This document shows, piece after piece, positions 37,144 through 40,558 of a stretch of 40,558 nucleotides of DNA; position 1 is the first letter of the stretch, and every line of letters starts with the position of its first letter. A program made the translations under genes and the position numbers. The DNA is from Promethearchaeota archaeon. Its GTDB lineage: Archaea > Asgardarchaeota > Lokiarchaeia > Sigyniarchaeales > SOKP01. Under the pieces are notes generated by a model that ran no database searches, was not told where the DNA came from, and worked only from the letters and a program-made list of their open reading frames with translations. The stretch lies in assembly GCA_048938445.1 (NCBI GenBank), contig JBHLME010000027.1, positions 1-40,558 of the forward strand, in the 5' to 3' direction.

Positions 37144-37449
37144 TTATTCTCCTAAGTACTTATCTCTTCTTGTAGCAGATGAATTGTCTAAGAAACCTTT
37201 TTTCTGATATAGTTTTTCTTCAGATTTTCTTAATTTATTAACTTCCTTGTAGTGAGTTTTGCATAAAAAGATTTTATGTTGTTTGTTTTCTTCAATCTTT
37301 AATTTTGCTTTTTCGACATAGTTTTTCCACTTATTTTCCGATAAGGATCTAATGGCAGTTTCATCACATTCAATAACTATACACTTTTTTTCCTTACCTA
37401 CTGTTCCGGTTATCTCTTTTTTTTCCCGTATTTCTTTCGGAAGTTTCAC
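37144..37449 (-). CDS. Small basic putative zinc-binding hypothetical protein
   Basis: CIVIEC...AIRSLS...LCKTHYKE (C-x4-C...CxxH), a pattern I recall from conserved archaeal hypotheticals. Confidence 0.7.
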   Translation of the reverse strand: MKLPKEIREKKEITGTVGKEKKCIVIECDETAIRSLSENKWKNYVEKAKLKIEENKQHKIFLCKTHYKEVNKLRKSEEKLYQKKGFLDNSSATRRDKYLGE

Positions 37450-37532
37450 TTATACTCACTTACTAAAAAATTAATTATGATATATTATTTATGAATCTTA
37501 ATAGTTAATGTCTTAAATTTTTTGCTAATAAT

Positions 37533-38255
37533 ATGGATACCCTTAACTTGCGTTATAATGAACTATTAATTAAGGAACAACTCTTATCATTTGATTCACC
37601 TTCAAGATTGTGTATTAATGATGATTTCTTCACTAAAGCCGCTGTCCTTTTTACAATTATCCCATATGATGAAAATCCTTATGAATTAGTAATTATACAT
37701 CGTACAGATAAAGGATTAAAACATAGAGGAGAAATGTCATTTCCTGGAGGAAAATTTGATTTAAAACTAGATAAATCTTTGAGAGATACAGCTTTAAGGG
37801 AATGCGAAGAGGAAATTGGTGTTCCAAGGAATAAAATTAAAATTTTAGGTTGCCTACATGATTTTCCTACAATGACTCAATATATAATCACCCCCTTTGT
37901 GGGAGTTATTAATAAAAACCAAGAACTTATTAAAGATGAAAGAGAAGTACAAGATATCATCAAGGTACCAATTAATTTTTTCACGGAAAAAAGAAGTTTT
38001 AAAGAAAAAGTTATGGATATTGGAGGAAAACCATTTCCTGTTTTTTTTTTTAATTATTTTACTAATAATAAGAATTACATGATATGGGGTGCAACTGCTT
38101 ACATGATAACTTCTTTTATTAAACTGATCTATGATCATGAACTTTCAGAACTTGGATTGAGACGATTTAATATAAATGAAATAAAATCTCTTAAAGATTT
38201 TATATTAAACAGAAAAAAATTCAATGATTATATGAATATAATTGATTTTGAGTGA
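37533..38255 (+). CDS. Nudix hydrolase, CoA pyrophosphatase (NudL/PCD1) family
   Basis: AAVL, HRGEMSFPGG, TALRECEEEIG, ITPFVG, IWGATA. Confidence 0.9.
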   Translation: MDTLNLRYNELLIKEQLLSFDSPSRLCINDDFFTKAAVLFTIIPYDENPYELVIIHRTDKGLKHRGEMSFPGGKFDLKLDKSLRDTALRECEEEIGVPRNKIKILGCLHDFPTMTQYIITPFVGVINKNQELIKDEREVQDIIKVPINFFTEKRSFKEKVMDIGGKPFPVFFFNYFTNNKNYMIWGATAYMITSFIKLIYDHELSELGLRRFNINEIKSLKDFILNRKKFNDYMNIIDFE

Positions 38256-38263
38256 TTTATAAT

Positions 38264-38980
38264 ATGCAGTCAAGTGATTTTTTTTTTAAAAGTGCATTCA
38301 TAAGGAGCAAATTATTTCCCATAGATTCAAGGGAAAGAATCTCTTTCACAAATGATAATTTTATTCTATCAGCAGTTAACTTTTTAATTCTTCCTCATGA
38401 AAATAGACCTTATGAATTAGTATTAATTAAACGTGTTAAAAATTTCAAGGATAAACACTCTGGTGAAATGGCTTTTCCAGGAGGAATGAAAGATCCAGAA
38501 GATAAAGACTTAAAAGAAACAGCATTAAGAGAAACTGAAGAAGAATTAGGTATTCCAAGAGAAAATTTACACGTTCTAGGGTCATTTGATGATCATGTTA
38601 CTCCAAGTAGATATATCATTACCCCAATTGTTACTTATATAGAAGAGAATCAAATCATGAAAAAAAATGATGAAGAGGTACATGAAATCGTTAAAATACC
38701 TATTACTTTTTTTGCTAATAAAAAAAATTATAGAGAAAGAAAATATAAACTAAATGAAGATATGATTGGTGTAGGAAAATATAATTATAAATCAAAAAAT
38801 AACAAGAAGTATGTTATCTTTGGAGCAACATGTCACATGATTGTTCATTTCATCGATTTAGTCTATAATTTTGGATTAAAAGCATCTGAAGTGAGAAGAT
38901 TGACTCCTAAAGACTTATTAAATAATGAATTTCTTTCTATGTTCAATATGAAAAAGAATAAATATCAAGATAATTACTAA
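38264..38980 (+). CDS. Nudix hydrolase, CoA pyrophosphatase family, tandem paralog
   Basis: HSGEMAFPGG, TALRETEEELG, ITPIV, IFGATC. ATG 38264 (ORF track GTG 38252). Confidence 0.9.
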   Translation: MQSSDFFFKSAFIRSKLFPIDSRERISFTNDNFILSAVNFLILPHENRPYELVLIKRVKNFKDKHSGEMAFPGGMKDPEDKDLKETALRETEEELGIPRENLHVLGSFDDHVTPSRYIITPIVTYIEENQIMKKNDEEVHEIVKIPITFFANKKNYRERKYKLNEDMIGVGKYNYKSKNNKKYVIFGATCHMIVHFIDLVYNFGLKASEVRRLTPKDLLNNEFLSMFNMKKNKYQDNY

Positions 38981-39014
38981 AGTTTTATTATAATTATTTA
39001 ATAATTGATATCTT

Positions 39015-39761
39015 ATGGAACGGTCTGAAAAATCTAACTTAAAAACTAATATCTTTCTCATAATTTTTTTGATCATTCTCATTATAGTGACAATATTAAG
39101 TGTAATTTTTCCAGATGATATAGGGAATCTCTTTGCTATAGGTAACTGGTTTAACGAAGAAGTATTAGCTTCATATAATTATTGGCTTGCTATTGGTTTC
39201 ACGATGCTACTTTGTTTTTTGGGAGCTCTTATTCCAATTCCAATACCTTATATGCTACCTGTAGCTCTTTTTACTGTGGCATGGGTTAATACTTATAGTT
39301 TCGCATGGGTGCTTATTATAGGATTAGTTCTTTTTTCAGCGCTTTCAAATACAATTGGAGATATTATAGATTATTATATTGGACGAGGTACTGAATATGT
39401 TTTAAGTCAAGAAAATCCTGAAATGGAGAATCGTTGGAGTAAAATTATTTTATACAAACCTAAATTGATTCCTGGCGTGATTTTAATATTTGGTGCATCA
39501 CCTCTCCCTGAATCACTTTTAATGATACCGTTAGGAATAGCAAAATACGACATAAAAAAAACTTTCTTCTGGATGTTTTTAGGAAAGATCGTGATGATGA
39601 CCCTCATGGCAGGTTTTGGTATACTTGGTATAGTAAGCTCTTCAGAGGGAGAAAGTTCAATATTTGACATATTTGATAGTCCAATAATAGGAATTGGAGT
39701 TCTCTTTATAATTTGGATAATGATCGTGTTCATGGTGAAATATAAACCTAAGAAACAATGA
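39015..39761 (+). CDS. DedA/VTT (SNARE-associated) family membrane protein
   Basis: IPIPIPY, NTIGDIIDYYIGR, ASPLPES...PLGIAKY...FLGK. Confidence 0.75.
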   Translation: MERSEKSNLKTNIFLIIFLIILIIVTILSVIFPDDIGNLFAIGNWFNEEVLASYNYWLAIGFTMLLCFLGALIPIPIPYMLPVALFTVAWVNTYSFAWVLIIGLVLFSALSNTIGDIIDYYIGRGTEYVLSQENPEMENRWSKIILYKPKLIPGVILIFGASPLPESLLMIPLGIAKYDIKKTFFWMFLGKIVMMTLMAGFGILGIVSSSEGESSIFDIFDSPIIGIGVLFIIWIMIVFMVKYKPKKQ

Positions 39762-39809
39762 CCTCCTTTTCCTAGGACTTTATATTCTTAAATTTTAGAT
39801 TCCTTATGT

Positions 39810-40319
39810 ATGTTTAATACTTTATTTAATGATTTATATTTTTCTCAGAAAATTAAAATAAAAAAAAAGTTTTCTAACAAGGAGCTTTTATTATATAACT
39901 ATTTTATTAATAAGACTAAAATTATTCCTGATAACGTAATTCTCATTGATGATTTTATTTTTTATTTTATTAAAACAATTGATTACTATCGCTGTAAAAT
40001 ATTTCAACCTGTTCTTAGAAGAGAATTGTCAGATAAAAAAGTTTTAGTAATAAGCGTCCAAAATACATTAATAAAGCAAATTTTCAGCTTTTTTCCTGAT
40101 ATTTTTATTTATGATTTAAAGTTAGAGAAAAATAAGCGTGAAGATGACCTTATAATTACTGTCTGCATTTTATCTTATAAAGAGAGGGGTATTGCTGTTG
40201 GTAAAGGGGGAGAATACATAAACGCCATTAATAAGATTTTAAAATCTCATGTTATCTACAAGGGGAATTATTATGAAAAAATTCCCATTAAAATCAAGTG
40301 TGAATTGATTACTTTTTAA
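39810..40319 (+). CDS. Divergent archaeal NusA-like KH-domain protein
   Basis: C-terminal KH motif ERGIAVGKGGEYINAIN; first KH domain degenerate (LRREL.DKKV.VI). Confidence 0.6.
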   Translation: MFNTLFNDLYFSQKIKIKKKFSNKELLLYNYFINKTKIIPDNVILIDDFIFYFIKTIDYYRCKIFQPVLRRELSDKKVLVISVQNTLIKQIFSFFPDIFIYDLKLEKNKREDDLIITVCILSYKERGIAVGKGGEYINAINKILKSHVIYKGNYYEKIPIKIKCELITF

Positions 40320-40398
40320 TTTATATAGTAATTTCTGATTTAATGCAAAAAATTATTATTTTATGTATTCGTGAAATTAAAGAAAAAAAAAAATTCAA

Positions 40399-40417
40399 TT
40401 TATATGAAAAATTATAA
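40399..40417 (+). promoter_or_regulatory. Possible TATA box(es) for tRNA-Sec
   Basis: TTTATATG (40399-40406) and TTATAA (40412-40417) lie 20-40 nt upstream of the tRNA 5' end. AT-rich context weakens this. Confidence 0.35.
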
Positions 40418-40438
40418 GGATTAAATACCAATTTAAAT

Positions 40439-40558
40439 GGCCCTTGACGGTTGGAATTTAAAATCATCTTGATTTTAAACGATAAGTGGTCTCCGACGCT
40501 GGGCTTCAAACCCAGTTATCCTGCGGAGGGATAGGGGTTCGATTCCCCTCGAGGGCCG
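40439..40558 (+). tRNA. selC: tRNA-Sec (anticodon UCA), 9/4 fold, with 30-nt intron at 40456-40485
   Basis: 9-bp acceptor GGCCCTTGA/TCGAGGGCC with G discriminator. 7-bp D-stem GTTGGAG/CTCCGAC with TGGT loop after splicing. 6-bp anticodon stem, loop CT-TCA-AA (40506-40508). Long variable arm; 4-bp T-stem GGGG/CCCC with TTCGATT. Confidence 0.93.
40456..40485 (+). other. BHB-type tRNA intron in the D-arm
   Basis: Bulge GA|A (40454-56), central helix GTTG/CGAT (40450-53/40480-83), bulge AA|G (40484-86), intron hairpin TTTAAAATCA/TGATTTTAAA. Confidence 0.88.

Noticed and set aside
40321-40509. 62-aa minus-strand ORF
   Set aside because: Antisense to the tRNA-Sec gene and its promoter; no protein-like motifs.
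1-40558. Selenoprotein genes with in-frame TGA
   Set aside because: The TGA-terminated ORFs I checked (mptE, propeller, uS3, eL19, btuC, cbiB, first Nudix, DedA, longin) end at plausible lengths; the ferredoxin has all Cys codons intact.

Overview
Very AT-rich archaeal DNA whose gene content points to an Asgard archaeon, most likely Lokiarchaeia (inferred from archaeal r-proteins plus OSTC/DC2-like, longin, Roadblock and RING-like genes and a SelB/tRNA-Sec pair). From left to right: (1) 1-10 kb mixed housekeeping and eukaryote-signature genes: RadA paralog cut by the window edge, MptE, GcvH, NAD kinase, OSTC-like, GATase+RING-like, ferredoxin, beta-propeller, DPM2-like, ribokinase, cupin. (2) 10.2-19.7 kb S10-spc ribosomal protein block from uS19 to uL15. 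It includes Rpp29 and a uS14 missed by the ORF track, but lacks the usual L3-L4-L23-L2 head, aIF1/SUI1 and secY tail. (3) 21.6-34 kb divergent cobamide uptake/salvage/remodelling cluster (HAD-cobT <- -> btuFCD-cobD-Cys-rich-cbiP-cbiB-cbiZ-cobS-cobY). It has an in-frame TAA in cobD, apparent ATT/ATA start codons, a PKD-fused BtuF and a dyad-symmetric putative operator. (4) 34-40.6 kb Roadblock, selB, tandem Nudix CoA pyrophosphatases, DedA, a NusA-like KH protein and, at the very end, a 9/4-type tRNA-Sec (UCA) interrupted by a 30-nt bulge-helix-bulge intron in the D-arm. All family assignments are by motif recognition; no searches were run.
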